This document shows positions 1 through 10,500 of a stretch of 64,000 nucleotides of DNA, in pieces. The stretch spans positions 10,446-74,445 of the forward strand of contig JBAZOQ010000002.1 in the NCBI GenBank assembly GCA_041648595.1, written 5' to 3'. Numbering within the stretch: the stretch's first letter is position 1; each line of letters opens with the position of its first letter. The translations under genes and the position numbers were made by a program. The notes under the pieces are model-generated. The model was not told the origin of the DNA. It was given only the letters and a program-made list of their open reading frames with translations, and did not search any database. The stretch comes from Minisyncoccota bacterium (GTDB lineage Bacteria; Patescibacteriota; Minisyncoccia; Phycocordibacterales; UBA9973).

Positions 1-622
1 TTTTCGGTACAAAAGAAAACCATTCTGGAAAACTTCCTAAAAATATAAAAATTGAAAAAATACTACCAAAAATAAGTTTAATCTTAAGTGTTTTTAATTG
101 TTTTTCTCTTTCTGTTTTTTCTTTATCTAAAAGATCTTCAGCTTCACCTTCTTCTTTTATTGGTTTATAGCCCGCATCAAAAATAACTTTAAAAATATCA
201 TCAATAGAGGTTAAAGAAGAATCAAAAACCACTTTTGCTCGACTATTTGAAAAATCAACATCAATATTAGTTATTCCTGGTAATTTTTTTATGGCTCCCT
301 CTACAACCATAGCACAATGTGGAGAATCCATACCTAATACTTTTATTGAAATTATTTGATTATTACTACCAACAACTATTTTTGAGATTTTAATAGAATT
401 AACATCATTATTTCTAACGACAAGATGATACCCCGCTTCGTCTACTATCTTTACAAGATTTACCTCAGTTATAATATTTTCATCAAATTCAATCAATGCC
501 GACTCTGACGCAAAATTAACTGAAGCAAAATGAACTCCACTTGTTTTTGAAAGTACTTTTTCAATTGTTGCGACACAACTTGCACAATGCATTCCATTTA
601 TTTTATATGTTTCTTTTTTCAT
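1..622 (-). CDS. copA: Copper-translocating P-type ATPase, N-terminal part only (gene runs off the window start)
   Basis: Minus-strand frame is open from the ATG at 620-622 to position 1. The N-terminus MKKETYKINGMHCASCVATIEK is a canonical GMxCxxC heavy-metal-associated domain, followed by a second HMA-like repeat. It is not in the ORF track because it is truncated by the window edge. Confidence 0.75.
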   Translation of the reverse strand, partial: MKKETYKINGMHCASCVATIEKVLSKTSGVHFASVNFASESALIEFDENIITEVNLVKIVDEAGYHLVVRNNDVNSIKISKIVVGSNNQIISIKVLGMDSPHCAMVVEGAIKKLPGITNIDVDFSNSRAKVVFDSSLTSIDDIFKVIFDAGYKPIKEEGEAEDLLDKEKTEREKQLKTLKIKLIFGSIFSIFIFLGSFPEWFSFVPK

Positions 623-624
623 AT

Positions 625-891
625 TTATTTTCTTTTAAGTTTATAAACTTTTAATATTTCAACTGTTGCCTTATCAATTTCCCCCATTTTAATTTGATGA
701 ATTACATGAGTAGAAATATGGTTTTCTAAAATTAAATCTTCAACACTAGATAATGCCTTTTTTACTGCACTAGTTTGAGTGATAACATCAATACAATATT
801 TTTCTTTCTCAATCATTTCACTTAAACCCCTGATTTGACCTTCAATAATTTTTAAACGTTTTAGTGTCTTTTCCTTTATTTTCTGATTCAT
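625..891 (-). CDS. csoR: CsoR/RcnR/FrmR-family metal-sensing transcriptional repressor
   Basis: The 88-aa product carries the KRLKIIEGQIRGL signature of DUF156 metalloregulators and lies directly upstream of copA. Confidence 0.85.
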   Translation of the reverse strand: MNQKIKEKTLKRLKIIEGQIRGLSEMIEKEKYCIDVITQTSAVKKALSSVEDLILENHISTHVIHQIKMGEIDKATVEILKVYKLKRK

Positions 892-901
892 GATTCTATC
901 C

Positions 902-920
902 TATACCCCCTAGGGGTATA
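902..920. promoter_or_regulatory. Candidate CsoR operator: near-perfect GC-core palindrome TATACCCCCTAGGGGTATA
   Basis: The palindrome sits 11-29 bp upstream of the csoR ATG in an otherwise AT-rich spacer. It has the TACCC-N-GGGTA architecture of known CsoR operators. Confidence 0.6.
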
Positions 921-942
921 AGTCAAGCAATACTGTGGAAAA

Positions 943-1070
943 CTAAAAAACATCACAAATAGTGCTTTTTTCTACTCAAAAAATATAAATTAGTGCTTTC
1001 TGCAACATACGCTTCTTAAAGTTAGTTTATTGTTTCCAGGTTGATATGCGAGTTGCAAGAAAGCAGTTAA
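943..1070. repeat. About 120-bp repeated element, copy 1; its left end AAAACATCACAAATAGTGCTTTTTTC is identical to the copy at 3125-3245
   Basis: The first 25 bp are identical, and the internal CAGGTTGATATGCGAGTTGCAAGAAAGCAG matches CAGGTTCGAGTGCGAGCCGTTAAAAAGCAG in copy 2. Confidence 0.6.
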
Positions 1071-1071
1071 T

Positions 1072-1782
1072 TTATATTTTTTTAGTTGTATTTTCAGAGG
1101 GTACAACTTCCCCAGATTTTGTTTCTTGAAGTTTAAAAGATTCTTTTATCATAGATTCAAGTTCATCTATACCATGAAAACCAGTTAATACTTCTTCATC
1201 AATAACTAAAGCAGGAAGTTTTGTATCTTCTATTTTATATATCTGAAGCATTGATTTCACAGCAGAAAGATCAATACTATAATCGAAAGAATAAACACGC
1301 AATTCTCCATACCTATCTCTAAGTGCAGAAAGAACTAATCCTTGTTTTTCACACTCACTACAATTTTCTGCTGTTGTATAAAAATAAAGAATAAAAGCAG
1401 ATTTCGTTTTACAACGTGTAGAAATATTTTTTGTCAAAAGATAATCCTTAATTTCAAGTAAGGAATAATATTTCTTCAAATACAGGACTGTATCTGTCAT
1501 ACCGAGATTCTCTTGTCCCCATTCCAACTTACTTCCAAGATCTCCAAGTTCACCAGAAATAACAGAATCAGAAATATTTTTACAAGAAAGTTCAGAAAGT
1601 AATGAAAACTGAGTTTCTGAAGATAAAATATCTATAGATATTTTATCTTGAATTAATTTCAATTGATCAACTTTTTTATTACTAAAATAATTACCAATAT
1701 AACTAGCACTTAAAAAAAGTGTAACTGTAATCAAAAACACAATTAAATATTTTTTCCAATCAATATAATTATTTTGTTCCAT
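1072..1782 (-). CDS. Membrane-anchored thioredoxin/glutaredoxin-like protein (hypothetical)
   Basis: There is an N-terminal TM helix. The C-terminal CSEC (CxxC) motif is followed by LPALVIDEEVLTGFHGIDEL, a glutaredoxin/NrdH-like pattern. Confidence 0.4.
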   Translation of the reverse strand: MEQNNYIDWKKYLIVFLITVTLFLSASYIGNYFSNKKVDQLKLIQDKISIDILSSETQFSLLSELSCKNISDSVISGELGDLGSKLEWGQENLGMTDTVLYLKKYYSLLEIKDYLLTKNISTRCKTKSAFILYFYTTAENCSECEKQGLVLSALRDRYGELRVYSFDYSIDLSAVKSMLQIYKIEDTKLPALVIDEEVLTGFHGIDELESMIKESFKLQETKSGEVVPSENTTKKI

Positions 1783-1839
1783 ATCTTTTATTAAAATTAA
1801 ACTTTCTACTTTATAAACTTTATGACTTTTTACTACTAA

Positions 1840-3180
1840 TTACCTCCACGCTGGTTTTCTGGAAAAAATGGTATTGTATGTTGCTTTAAAAAGCCAAAAT
1901 GGACCAATAATAGTAAAAATAATAAAATAATAAAATATACCTAATATATAATTATTTTTATCATTAGCCATTTTTCTACCTAAGATAATTGAAAATAATA
2001 CCAAAGCATAAAGTATTAAAGATATAAAAAAAAGAGATTGCGTATTAATAAAAAATGGATCAAAAAAATTCATTTTATTTGATAGATGAAAACCAATAAC
2101 TTCAAATTGTGTAATCTTTGAAAATAAAAAATCAATAAAATTATATGCTATTTTCCCAAGAATATAACAAACAGCTACAAAAGATATTATTATCATTGGT
2201 AATGTAAAAAAAGAAAAATTACCATATTTTTTTTTAAAAATTAATCCACGATAGTCAATCGTATTATTTATTGATCCATAAATCCAACGTACTCTTTGTT
2301 TATAAAGTTTTACTACAGAAATAGGTGTATTGGTATATACATAAGCATCATTACACTGTTCTATTTTATAATTATTTTTCTGCATTCTATAAGCAATCTC
2401 CATGTCTTCTGTATTATGAGCATGTTTATAAGGACCTAAATCATCAAAAACTTTTTTACGAAAAATAGTAAAAGGTCCTGGAGTTACATGAATAGCTCCC
2501 AAAAAACCTAACATTTTTTTCATATAAACAGCTAAAAAATACTCTGCCTCCTGAGCTTTTTGAATAAAATTTTTAGAATTAACAGCTATTATAGACGGAG
2601 CCACTGCCATTACAGTAGGATCTTTTTCAAAATAACTCATAATACGAACTAATGAGTCTCTATCAACAACAGAATCAGCATCAAGACATCCTAAAAAATC
2701 TGTTTCAACGTGTTCCAATCCTAGGTTGAGAGCAGTATATTTTCCACCATTTTCTTTATTAAAAACACTCACATTAGGAAACTTAGTAAATTTTGAAATT
2801 ACATTCCAGGTTTTATCAGTAGAACCATCATTAATTAAAAAAATTTTAATTTTATCTTTTGGATAATTTAAATCTAAAATTGAACGTATAGTTTTATAAA
2901 TAGTCTTTTCTTCATTCCAAGCAGGCACAAGAATCGTTACTTTTGGATATTTAGAAAGTTTATTACATCCATTTCTAGTAATTATTTTTTTTCTATTATC
3001 TAAAAACGTAACTAAAAAAAATACCTGCACATAAACAGACAAAAAAGTCAAAAAATAAAGAATAATATCTGGAATTGAAGCCATATTATATATAAATAAT
3101 ATAACATTTATAGACAAAAAAGCAAATAAAAAAAACATCACAAATAGTGCTTTTTTCGGCATACGCAATATTAGATTCAT
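1840..3180 (-). CDS. Family 2 glycosyltransferase, processive membrane-embedded type (PgaC/IcaA/NodC/cellulose-synthase-like)
   Basis: The product has DGSTD, DADS and QRVRW motifs with flanking TM helices. The true start may be an internal Met, because the annotated N-terminus is encoded by the repeat at 3125-3245. Confidence 0.8.
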   Translation of the reverse strand: MNLILRMPKKALFVMFFLFAFLSINVILFIYNMASIPDIILYFLTFLSVYVQVFFLVTFLDNRKKIITRNGCNKLSKYPKVTILVPAWNEEKTIYKTIRSILDLNYPKDKIKIFLINDGSTDKTWNVISKFTKFPNVSVFNKENGGKYTALNLGLEHVETDFLGCLDADSVVDRDSLVRIMSYFEKDPTVMAVAPSIIAVNSKNFIQKAQEAEYFLAVYMKKMLGFLGAIHVTPGPFTIFRKKVFDDLGPYKHAHNTEDMEIAYRMQKNNYKIEQCNDAYVYTNTPISVVKLYKQRVRWIYGSINNTIDYRGLIFKKKYGNFSFFTLPMIIISFVAVCYILGKIAYNFIDFLFSKITQFEVIGFHLSNKMNFFDPFFINTQSLFFISLILYALVLFSIILGRKMANDKNNYILGIFYYFIIFTIIGPFWLFKATYNTIFSRKPAWR

Positions 3181-3245
3181 AAACCATTGTCAGGTTCGAG
3201 TGCGAGCCGTTAAAAAGCAGCTATTTGTGATGTTTTCAATAATTT
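3125..3245. repeat. About 120-bp element, copy 2, bounded by 25-bp terminal inverted repeats AAAACATCACAAATAG(T/C)GCTTTTT
   Basis: The left arm at 3128-3153 and right arm at 3218-3242 are reverse complements. The interior is homologous to 943-1070. Confidence 0.6.
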
Positions 3246-3270
3246 GTATTTTTTTAAAAAACCACCTTAA

Positions 3271-3570
3271 TTACATACTTCCTTCCATCTTTGGAGCTTC
3301 AGCCTCACAAGAAGCACAAACACCATCTACGCATTTTCCACACTTACAACCAAAAGCTAACATAACAGCAGATATACCAACCAAGATATAAATTACTGCT
3401 TCTAATGTTGGTATAGAACCTACAATCATATTTACAACATTCCAACCACCAACAACACCTAGAAGCATTCCTAGTCCTACCAAACCCCAGTTTATTCCTC
3501 CTATAACTACGAGAACTTTAGCAATCATAGCCATAGTACAACCACCTTTTTTACAACAATCTTTACACAT
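3271..3570 (-). CDS. DUF378-family small membrane protein with Cys-rich N- and C-terminal tails
   Basis: The INWGLVG DUF378 motif and two TM helices are present. The termini are MCKDCCKKGGC and GCKCGKCVDGVCASCEAE. Confidence 0.6.
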   Translation of the reverse strand: MCKDCCKKGGCTMAMIAKVLVVIGGINWGLVGLGMLLGVVGGWNVVNMIVGSIPTLEAVIYILVGISAVMLAFGCKCGKCVDGVCASCEAEAPKMEGSM

Positions 3571-3584
3571 AATTTTTTAGGCTT

Positions 3585-3660
3585 TAGGAAATCTAGGCTC
3601 TAGGCTTTAGCTTTTTAATTTAGCTAGTGCCTAACGCCTAACGCCTAGTGCCTATCTTAA
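3585..3660. repeat. Imperfect inverted/tandem short repeats (TAGGCTYTAGGC ... GCCTAACGCCTAACGCCTAG) between rpoD and the DUF378 gene
   Basis: Seen directly in the sequence; GC-rich relative to the surroundings and includes the GCCTAACGC motif that recurs at 15468 and 30020. Confidence 0.5.
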
Positions 3661-3749
3661 CTTATAATATTCCTACTTAAACGACGATTTAAATAGTTTT
3701 TAATAATATAAATTAATTATAGCATATCTAAAAAATAAAATAATACTTT

Positions 3750-4964
3750 TTAATCAAAGTAATTTTTAAGGCGAGCTATTTTTTCATGCTGACGAAGTTT
3801 TTCGTGAACTTTTGCCTCAATCTGACGAATACGTTCACGCGTCACTCCAAACTCTTCCCCTACTCTCTCTAAGGTGTGCTGTATACCATCAACAAGACCA
3901 TAACGCATTTCAAGAATTTTACATTCTTTTGGATTAAGTTCATTCAAAACTTCACGAATCTGGTCAGATAAAATTCTTCTAGAAGATTCTTGGTCCGGAC
4001 GTAAAATTTTATCATCAGGAATAAAATTTTCAAGAGTTGATTTATCATCATCATCTCCTACTGGTTGTTCAAGAGAAATAGTTTCTTGACTAATATTTTC
4101 AATCACATGAATTTTTTCAATAGGAATACCCATTTCTGTAGCGATCTCTTCTGCTAATGGTTCACGTCCTAGGTCTTGACTGAGTCTTCTATAAACTTGT
4201 TTATATTTTGAAATAGTTTCTACCATATGCACTGGAATACGAATAGTTCTACTTTGATCAGCAAGCGCTCGAGTAATAGATTGACGAATCCACCAAGTTG
4301 CATAAGTTGAAAATTTATATCCTTTAGTCCAATCAAATTTTTCAACAGCTTTAAATAACCCCAGATTTCCCTCTTGAATTAAATCTAAAAGACTTAAATT
4401 AGCGCTTCTTCCTACATATTTTTTAGCAATAGAAACCACAAGGCGTAAATTTGCTCGTGCTAATAAATTTTTTGCTTCTTCGTCACCTAATTCTATACGT
4501 TTAGCAAGATCCTTTTCATCACCAGCACGAATAAGTGAATACTGTCCTATTTCTTTTAAATACATTTGAATAGAATCATGTATTGTAGATTTATTTAAAT
4601 CTTTATCAGAAATATCATTATCAAGATTCAGTAAATTTCCACCCTCTAGTACATCTATCCCAGCAACTGAAAATTTTTCATAAAGTTCATCCAAAAAGAA
4701 AATATTGTTTTCAATATCAGGAAAAGTTTTTAATATTTCGTCATAAGTAACAAATCCTCTCTTGCGTCCTTTTTCTATAAGATCACTCGAAACCTTTGCA
4801 AACCCTTCAGCCCTTTTTTCTGCTGCAGTTGTTTTTTTTGTAACCTTTTTTCCTATTTTTTTTATTTTTTTAGTAATTTTTACTTTTTTTATCTTTTTTA
4901 CAATCTTTCTAAGAGGTTTTTTACTAAACTTTTTTATTTTTTTATTTTTTATTTTTTTCTTCAT
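3750..4964 (-). CDS. rpoD: RNA polymerase sigma-70 factor RpoD
   Basis: The product carries [39 protein letters not shown] (regions 2-4) and has a Lys-rich N-terminus. The start is set to the ATG of MKKKIKNKK; the ORF track extends to 5009 through the repeat element. Confidence 0.9.
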   Translation of the reverse strand: MKKKIKNKKIKKFSKKPLRKIVKKIKKVKITKKIKKIGKKVTKKTTAAEKRAEGFAKVSSDLIEKGRKRGFVTYDEILKTFPDIENNIFFLDELYEKFSVAGIDVLEGGNLLNLDNDISDKDLNKSTIHDSIQMYLKEIGQYSLIRAGDEKDLAKRIELGDEEAKNLLARANLRLVVSIAKKYVGRSANLSLLDLIQEGNLGLFKAVEKFDWTKGYKFSTYATWWIRQSITRALADQSRTIRIPVHMVETISKYKQVYRRLSQDLGREPLAEEIATEMGIPIEKIHVIENISQETISLEQPVGDDDDKSTLENFIPDDKILRPDQESSRRILSDQIREVLNELNPKECKILEMRYGLVDGIQHTLERVGEEFGVTRERIRQIEAKVHEKLRQHEKIARLKNYFD

Positions 4965-5072
4965 CCCGTTAGAGGCAGGTCGCGTTCGCTTTGAACTTAA
5001 ACTCTGCATTAAATTAACTAATAATAATATTTACATTCTTTTTTCCCGTATGCGACCGCGGCCTCTAACGGG
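4965..5072. mobile_element. Start-codon-associated element, copy a (108 bp) with terminal inverted repeats CCCGTTAGAGGC...GCCTCTAACGGG, between the dnaG stop and rpoD start
   Basis: Perfect terminal inverted repeats are flanked by a TTCAT direct repeat at 4960-4964 and 5074-5078. The element begins immediately after the rpoD ATG. Confidence 0.6.
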
Positions 5073-5082
5073 ATTCATATCT

Positions 5083-6852
5083 TTATTTCCGACCATTTCT
5101 AATTTCTTCTTTCTTTTTATTTATCTCATTTATTTTTTTAAAAATCTCCTCTTCTCCTTCTTTTCCTTTTAACTTTTGAAATTCCATCATTTTTTGAATT
5201 AATTCTTCATTTAAATATTCTTCTTCTATGTTTAACAACATTTCATTCACGTCTTTAATTAAATTTTCATCATTGGAATAAAATTCTTCTGCTTCATAAA
5301 TTAAATCTTCTTTAATATTATTAAAATTTTCTTTAACTTTTTCTAATTTTTCAAAAATTAATTTGGTATCTATTTTTTTTGTTTTTAAACCATCTTGCCA
5401 AAAAGCTATACCCAATAATCTACGTTCAATTGGATCTTTTCTTAATTTTTTTTCTACATTCTCGAGAGCGTTTTTCGTATCTTCTTTTTCATTTTTTAAT
5501 TCAATCTCAACTTTTTTAAGATCTTCAAAAAGAGCACTTGAGGTTATTCCAGATTTATTACTAATTAATGTAATAAAGTGTGATTTTTCTATAGAACTTT
5601 CTAAATCATTAACAAAAGGCAAAATACGTTCTTTTATTCCTCTACCAACCTTTCTACTATCACCAATTGCATCTTTTAAAATTCTTTCCAACATAAATTC
5701 AATAAAATGTTTCGAATCTCGTATTGCTTCACGCCAAGCATCAACACCTTTTTGGGAAATTAAATCAGCTGGATCCATACTCTCTGGCATATTTGCAACT
5801 TTTACGTCCATCCCTAAAGATAAAGCAATCTTTGCAAAACGATTTGTTGCATTTATACCTGCCTTATCTGCATCATAAGCTAGAACAATATTTTTTGATA
5901 ATCTTGTAATAAGTCCAAGATTATTTATAATATTTTCTTTTGATATAAGCGTATCCGTCATAGCTGTGCCAGAAGATGCTACTGTATTCCTAAATCCTGC
6001 TTGGTGTGACAAAATCAAATCCATCTGACCTTCAACTAAAATAGAAAAATTATTTTTTCTAATAGCATCTTTAGCTTTATCTATACCAAAAAGTACAGAA
6101 GATTTATTAAATATTGGGGTTTCTGGACTATTTAAATATTTTGCAGACTTTCCATCGTCTTCAAATATTCTTCCAGAAAAAGCAATAACACGGCTACTTG
6201 AATCAGAAATTGGAAACATTATCCGGCCGCGGAATCTATCATAGAAACCTTTTTCAGCCCCGCCTAGGCTCGGCGAGGCTGGCTTTTTTATAAGTCCAGC
6301 TTTCTCTATATCCGTATCAATAAAACCTTTTTTGTTGAGATAAGAATAAAGTAATCTCCAATCATTTTTTATAAATCCAATTCTAAAATCTTTTATCGTA
6401 TCATCAGTTAAACCACGAGATTTCAAATACTCTAAAACTTCTTTACCTGCCCCGTAGGAAGCTACGTGCTTTCCTTCGGGGTTCCCTACTAAATTATTTT
6501 CAAAAAATTTAGTAGCCTCTTCCATAATCCTATATAATTTTTCTTTTTCTCCTTCCTTTTCCTTATTATATTCTCCAAGTTTTACTCCTGCTCTTTCTGC
6601 TAAAATTTTTAATGCACCCTTAAAATCAAGTCCTTCAAATTCTTCAATAAAAGTAAAAATATCTCCCTTAGCGCCACAACCAAAACAATAATAACTATTG
6701 CGTTCTGGAGAAACAAAAAAGGACGGTGATTTTTCATTATGAAATGGACATCTAGCTTTGAAATTTACACCAACTTGGTCTAATTTTATGTAAGAAGAGA
6801 CTACTTCTTCAATTGATAGTCTATCCTTAATTTGTTGAACGGGAGAATTCAT
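5083..6852 (-). CDS. dnaG: DNA primase DnaG
   Basis: The product has the CHC2 zinc finger CPFHNEKSPSFFVSPERNSYYCFGCGAKGD and a TOPRIM region. The gene order dnaG-rpoD is classic. Confidence 0.9.
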   Translation of the reverse strand: MNSPVQQIKDRLSIEEVVSSYIKLDQVGVNFKARCPFHNEKSPSFFVSPERNSYYCFGCGAKGDIFTFIEEFEGLDFKGALKILAERAGVKLGEYNKEKEGEKEKLYRIMEEATKFFENNLVGNPEGKHVASYGAGKEVLEYLKSRGLTDDTIKDFRIGFIKNDWRLLYSYLNKKGFIDTDIEKAGLIKKPASPSLGGAEKGFYDRFRGRIMFPISDSSSRVIAFSGRIFEDDGKSAKYLNSPETPIFNKSSVLFGIDKAKDAIRKNNFSILVEGQMDLILSHQAGFRNTVASSGTAMTDTLISKENIINNLGLITRLSKNIVLAYDADKAGINATNRFAKIALSLGMDVKVANMPESMDPADLISQKGVDAWREAIRDSKHFIEFMLERILKDAIGDSRKVGRGIKERILPFVNDLESSIEKSHFITLISNKSGITSSALFEDLKKVEIELKNEKEDTKNALENVEKKLRKDPIERRLLGIAFWQDGLKTKKIDTKLIFEKLEKVKENFNNIKEDLIYEAEEFYSNDENLIKDVNEMLLNIEEEYLNEELIQKMMEFQKLKGKEGEEEIFKKINEINKKKEEIRNGRK

Positions 6853-6865
6853 AATAGTTTTTCGC

Positions 6866-6893
6866 TTGACATTTGTTTTTAATTTGCTATTAT
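6866..6893 (+). promoter_or_regulatory. Sigma-70-like promoter: TTGACA, 16-nt spacer, TATTAT
   Basis: Read directly from the sequence. The -10 is palindromic (GCTATTATACT), so it could also serve dnaG on the minus strand. Confidence 0.4.
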
Positions 6894-6920
6894 ACTAATA
6901 TATCACCAACAGAAGAGACT

Positions 6921-6960
6921 ACCCCTTAAGGTTTCGTCCTTATGGGGTCTTTTCTTTTTT
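6921..6960 (+). terminator. Rho-independent terminator hairpin ACCCCTTAAGG-TTTCGT-CCTTATGGGGT followed by a T-run on the plus strand
   Basis: An 11-bp stem is followed by TCTTTTCTTTTTT. It overlaps the 3' end of the NYN gene on the opposite strand. Confidence 0.5.
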
Positions 6961-7449
6961 ATACTCTAATTTAACTCTTAAATCATTTAAAAACCTTAAG
7001 TATGGACGGCAAATTTTAAATTTAAGTAAGGCAGAAAATTTTAAACGATTAGGAACAATAATTACCTGTAACTTTTTTTGTTCTATCAAATACTTTACTA
7101 AACAATAAAAATCACCATCACCTGTCACAATAACTGCTTTTTCATAATTAGAATATTCAATCATTGTTTGTAAAACTAATTCAGCATCACAATTTCCTTT
7201 TGTTGTTCCATCTTTATATTTTAGTGTAGGTTTAAAAATACAAATAAATCCAGCTTCCTGTAAAGATTTATAAAGATCATTGTTTCCTTCTACATAACCA
7301 ATAAAAAGAAACGCTTTTGAAACACTATATTTATCTTTTAAATACACACGAAAGTGCTTAAAATTTAAATTCCAGCCTAAACTACGAATACTTAAATTTA
7401 AATTCTGACTGTCTATAAAAGCATAATTATTTTTTTGCTTATTTGACAT
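6940..7449 (-). CDS. NYN-domain (LabA/PIN-like) protein
   Basis: The product has AFIDSQNL and VIVTGDGDF motifs of NYN/LabA-like nucleases. Confidence 0.7.
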   Translation of the reverse strand: MSNKQKNNYAFIDSQNLNLSIRSLGWNLNFKHFRVYLKDKYSVSKAFLFIGYVEGNNDLYKSLQEAGFICIFKPTLKYKDGTTKGNCDAELVLQTMIEYSNYEKAVIVTGDGDFYCLVKYLIEQKKLQVIIVPNRLKFSALLKFKICRPYLRFLNDLRVKLEYKKEKTP

Positions 7450-7522
7450 ATTTTTGTATCTAAAATACTTTATTTACAATATTTTAAGTCTCTAAAAATT
7501 TTATGCAAGTGAGTTTTATTTT

Positions 7523-10500
7523 TTATTCCTCCTCTTTAGGAGAAATAGTTCTGCTCTTAAATCCAGTTCCTGCTGGAATCAAACGTCCGATAATAACATT
7601 CTCCTTCAATCCTCGGAGTGAGTCAATCCCACCCTTCACTGCATTCTCTATAAGAACACGATTGGTATTTTGGAATGATGCAGCTGACAACCAACTCTTT
7701 GTACGTAAAGATACTTCAGTAATACCAAGTACTATTATTTCTGCTTTTGCTTCTTGTTGTTTTAATTTAACAATTCTCTCGTTCTCTTCAATAAATGCAG
7801 TATTCTCAACAATATCACCTATGGAAAAATTGGTTTCACCTGAATCTTTTATTTTTCTACGTGAAAACATTTGACGAATAATTATTTCAGTATGCTTTCT
7901 AGAGATCGATGCACTTTGAAGTTCATAAACTTTATTTATTTCTCTTATTATATATTCTTCCACCATCTCCTTAGTTCCAAACTTAAATATTCCAGCTATA
8001 TCAGCAGACCCATCGGTTAGGAGTTCACCCTTTTTTACTTTTTGACCTACTTTTACTATTGGTGTTCTACGAAATGGTATTAAATATTCTACTTCGTTTG
8101 CTTTACCATCAACTTTACTATCAGAAAGTACTTTAATAATTTTTTCTTTTTCATCTTTATTTTTTATTTCAAAAACTTCTCCATCTGTTTCTGAAATTAT
8201 TGCTGGGTTTTTAGGAATTCTTCTTTCAAAAATTTCTTCAATACGAGGCAACCCTGTAGTTATGTCTGTACCGGCAACTCCTCCAGCGTGGAATGTTCTA
8301 AGAGTGAGCTGAGTACCTGGTTCTCCAATTGCTTGCGCAGCAATGATTCCAACAGCTTCTCCAAGATCAACTAAATGATTTCTTCCAAGGTCTAATCCAT
8401 AACACATTTGACAAAGACCATGGGTAGTACGACATGTGAGAGGAGAACGAACAAATACTTCTTCATAACCCGCTCCTTCAATATTGTGTGCTTCTTCTTT
8501 TGTAATTAAAAATCCTTTTTTATAAACTACTTTTCCAGCTTTATCTTTCAAATCGCCAGCAAGTACTCGTCCACGGATATTTTTTGATAATGGTATTTCA
8601 ATTCCAGAAATATTTTCTCGAGTTACTATTTTACCTTCTTTTGTTCCACAATCTTCTTCAGTTATAACCACATCTTGAGCAACATCAACTAAACGACGTG
8701 TAAGATATCCAGCCTTGGCAGTATTGAGCGCCGTATCTGATGCACCCTTACGAGCACCGTGTGTTGTAACGAAATATTCAATTGAAGAAAGTCCTTCAAA
8801 ATAACTAGGTATAATAGGAAATTCTAGTGTTCTGCCTTGATTATTTTGTATAAGACCTTTCATTCCAGCCATCTGTATTAAAGAAGTCATTGTGCCTCTA
8901 GCCCCAGAAGTAAATAAATCAAAAGTAGAACCATTTTTATTAAGTGTCTTAGGAAGAACTTTTTCTAATTCCTTTTTTGCATATGTCCAAATTTCAATAA
9001 TTTTTTGATATCTTTCTTCTTCAGAAAGTAAACCTTCATTCCATTGTGCTATTATCTTTTCTTCTAATTTTCTACCTTCTTCTACAATTTTTACTTTTTC
9101 AACTGGAACTTTAACGTTATCCAATCCCCAAGTTGTACCAGAAAAAGTCGAATATTTAAAACCAAAAGTTTTTATACTATCTAATATTGGAGGAGTCTCA
9201 TCCACACCATAATGCATGATAAGTTCGTCAACAAGTGAAGATAGTCTTGTTGATGTCATTTCGTCACCAACATAAGAAAAATCATTGGGTAATATACTAT
9301 TAAATAAAAGTTTCCCAACAGAAGTATCAAAAAAACCTTCCTCAAATTTATGATATTTATGACTATCTGTCGCTAAAACTTTTATTTTTGCCCTAAGAGA
9401 AATAATTCCATATTCATAAGCTGTTATTGCAGTATTTGGACTTGAAAAATATTTACCTTCACCTATCTCACCATCAACAGATTTTGTCATCCAATAAGAT
9501 CCAAGTACAATATCCTTACTAGGATGAACTATTGGGTCACCATTTTGAGGTTTAAGTAAGTTTTTATTAGCAGCCATTAAATTTTTAGCTTCAGCTTGAG
9601 CTTCATCCAATAATGGAACATAAACAGCCATCTGGTCTCCATCGAAATCAGCATTAAAAGCCTGACAAACAAGTGGGTGTACTTGAATAGCATTCCCTTC
9701 TATAAGAATAGGATTAAATGCTTGAATACCTAAACGATGAAGTGTCGGTGCACGATTTAAAAGAACATATTTTCCTTGAATAACTTCTTCAAGCATTGCC
9801 CAAACTTCTGGAGTACGCTCTTCTATAAGTTTATTTGCTCCACGAATATTAAATGCAAGTTCTGCTAGTAAAATTTTAGAAATTACAAAAGGTCTAAACA
9901 ATTCGAGAGCCATATGTTTTGGTAATCCACATTGATTAAGTTTAAGATCAGGACCAACAACAATAACAGATCGGCCTGAATAGTCTACACGTTTACCAAG
10001 TAAGTTTTGACGAAACAAACCTTGTTTTGATTTTAAATTATCAGACAATGATTTTAGTGGACGCTTTTGAGATTGGCTCATAGCAGCACTATCATTTTGT
10101 TTTGCAATTGAATTATCTATAAGAGCATCCACTGCTTCTTGAATAATTCTTTTCTCATTTCGCAGTATTACATCTGGTGCATTTATTTCTTTTAATTTTT
10201 TAAGACGATTGTTTCTATTTATTACTCTACGATAAAGATCATTCAAGTCCGAAGTAGCATGACGCCCACCATCGAGTGCTACCATTGGACGCAATACTGG
10301 AGGAATAACAGGAATTACAGTCAAAAACATCCACTCAGGCCTGATTCCAGCATATGTCATAGCACGGATAAGAGAAAGTCTTTTTTGTAATTTTTCTTTT
10401 TCTATAGCACTTGCTTTTTCAAGCATTTTTTCCGTATGATTTTTTAATTTATTTAAATCAAGATTTTTAAAAATAGAATAAATAGCTTCAGCTCCAATAT

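Noticed and set aside
3200-3391. Plus-strand 63-aa ORF
   Set aside because: Its N-terminal half is encoded by the right arm of the 3125-3245 repeat element and it overlaps the DUF378 gene antisense.
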